Notes under the pieces: generated by a model | What the model was told of the DNA's origin: nothing | Database searches by the model: none | The model's input: the letters and a program-made list of their open reading frames with translations, nothing else | Shown: positions 63,461 through 64,000 of the stretch, piece after piece | Position numbering within the stretch: the first letter of the stretch is position 1 | How the letters are laid out: each line of letters begins with the position of its first letter | Assembly: GCF_902713615.1 (NCBI RefSeq) | Contig: NW_024055676.1 | Location: 682,877 to 746,876 of the forward strand | Source: Scyliorhinus canicula | Taxonomy: Eukaryota | Direction: 5' to 3' | Length of the DNA: 64,000 nt | Position numbers and translations under genes: made by a program

Positions 63461-63939
63461 ATGAGGTGGGCCATTTCTCTCAGTTTGTTGCTGACTTTCT
63501 TATCCCGTGAGTAGTTTTTATTGTCCAAGTCTCTCACTGTTACTGTCTCAGTGTTAGTCTCTCTCTGGAATGTTCCAGAGTCACCAATCATTTCACCAGC
63601 ATTAATCCTCGGGCTTTTTGATATATTTTTACAGGTGTCCAGTCGGATGTTGCATTAACTCAGCCGGAGGCAGAGACCGGGCGTCCCGGAGGCTCCCTGA
63701 CACTGACCTGTAAAACCAGCGGCTTCAATCTTGGCAGCTACTGGATGGGTTGGATCCGCCAGGTTCCCGGACAGGGGCTGGAGTGGCTGGTGAGCTACCA
63801 TTCTTCATCCAGCAACAGCTACGCCCCAGCAATTAAAGATCGATTTACTGCGTCCAAAGACACTTCGAACAACATCTTCTCTTTGGCCATGACGAACCTG
63901 AAGACCGAAGACACCGCCATCTATTACTGTGCAAGAGAC
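63461..63939 (+). CDS. IGHV: Immunoglobulin heavy-chain V segment, IgM class, intact
   Basis: Leader 63461-63506 ([16 protein letters not shown]) with GTGAGT donor and CAG acceptor at 63634. The V exon encodes [101 protein letters not shown], typical of shark IgM VH. RSS: CACAGCG 63940-63946, 23 nt, ACAAGAACA 63970-63978. Confidence 0.95.
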
Positions 63940-64000
63940 CACAGCGAGAGGAACCAGGGCTGGACCCGCACAAGAACAGCTCGAGAGGGAATTCAGCAAC

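Overview
Cartilaginous-fish (shark-type) antigen-receptor DNA; the clade is inferred from the V sequences and the HE1/V-SINE, CR1, L1 and Penelope-like repeats. Bases 1-17.6 kb hold a dense array of T-cell receptor alpha/delta-type V segments in mixed orientation, each scored for leader exon, phase-1 intron and 23-spacer RSS. Four look intact (608-1122 +, 3961-4453 +, 6607-7111 -, 15849-16320 -). One is open but lacks the second Cys (10412-10928 -). One has a single-base frameshift (14489-14925 -), and there are four to five older pseudogenes. From about 17.7 to 63.2 kb I found no convincing V, D, J or C exon. This interval is mostly retroelements: a near-intact 5.7-kb L1-clade LINE with a 15-bp TSD, many CR1/L2 pieces and SINEs, a diverged tandem segmental duplication, and a tRNA-Ser(GCT) fused to a SINE. 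It also contains a 437-N assembly gap (34591-35027). The window ends with an intact IgM-class heavy-chain V segment (63461-63939 +) and its 23-RSS. That places an immunoglobulin VH on the same scaffold as TCR V genes, the arrangement that allows IgHV-TCRdelta chimeric receptors, although the linkage crosses the gap. All alignments and motif calls were made by eye.
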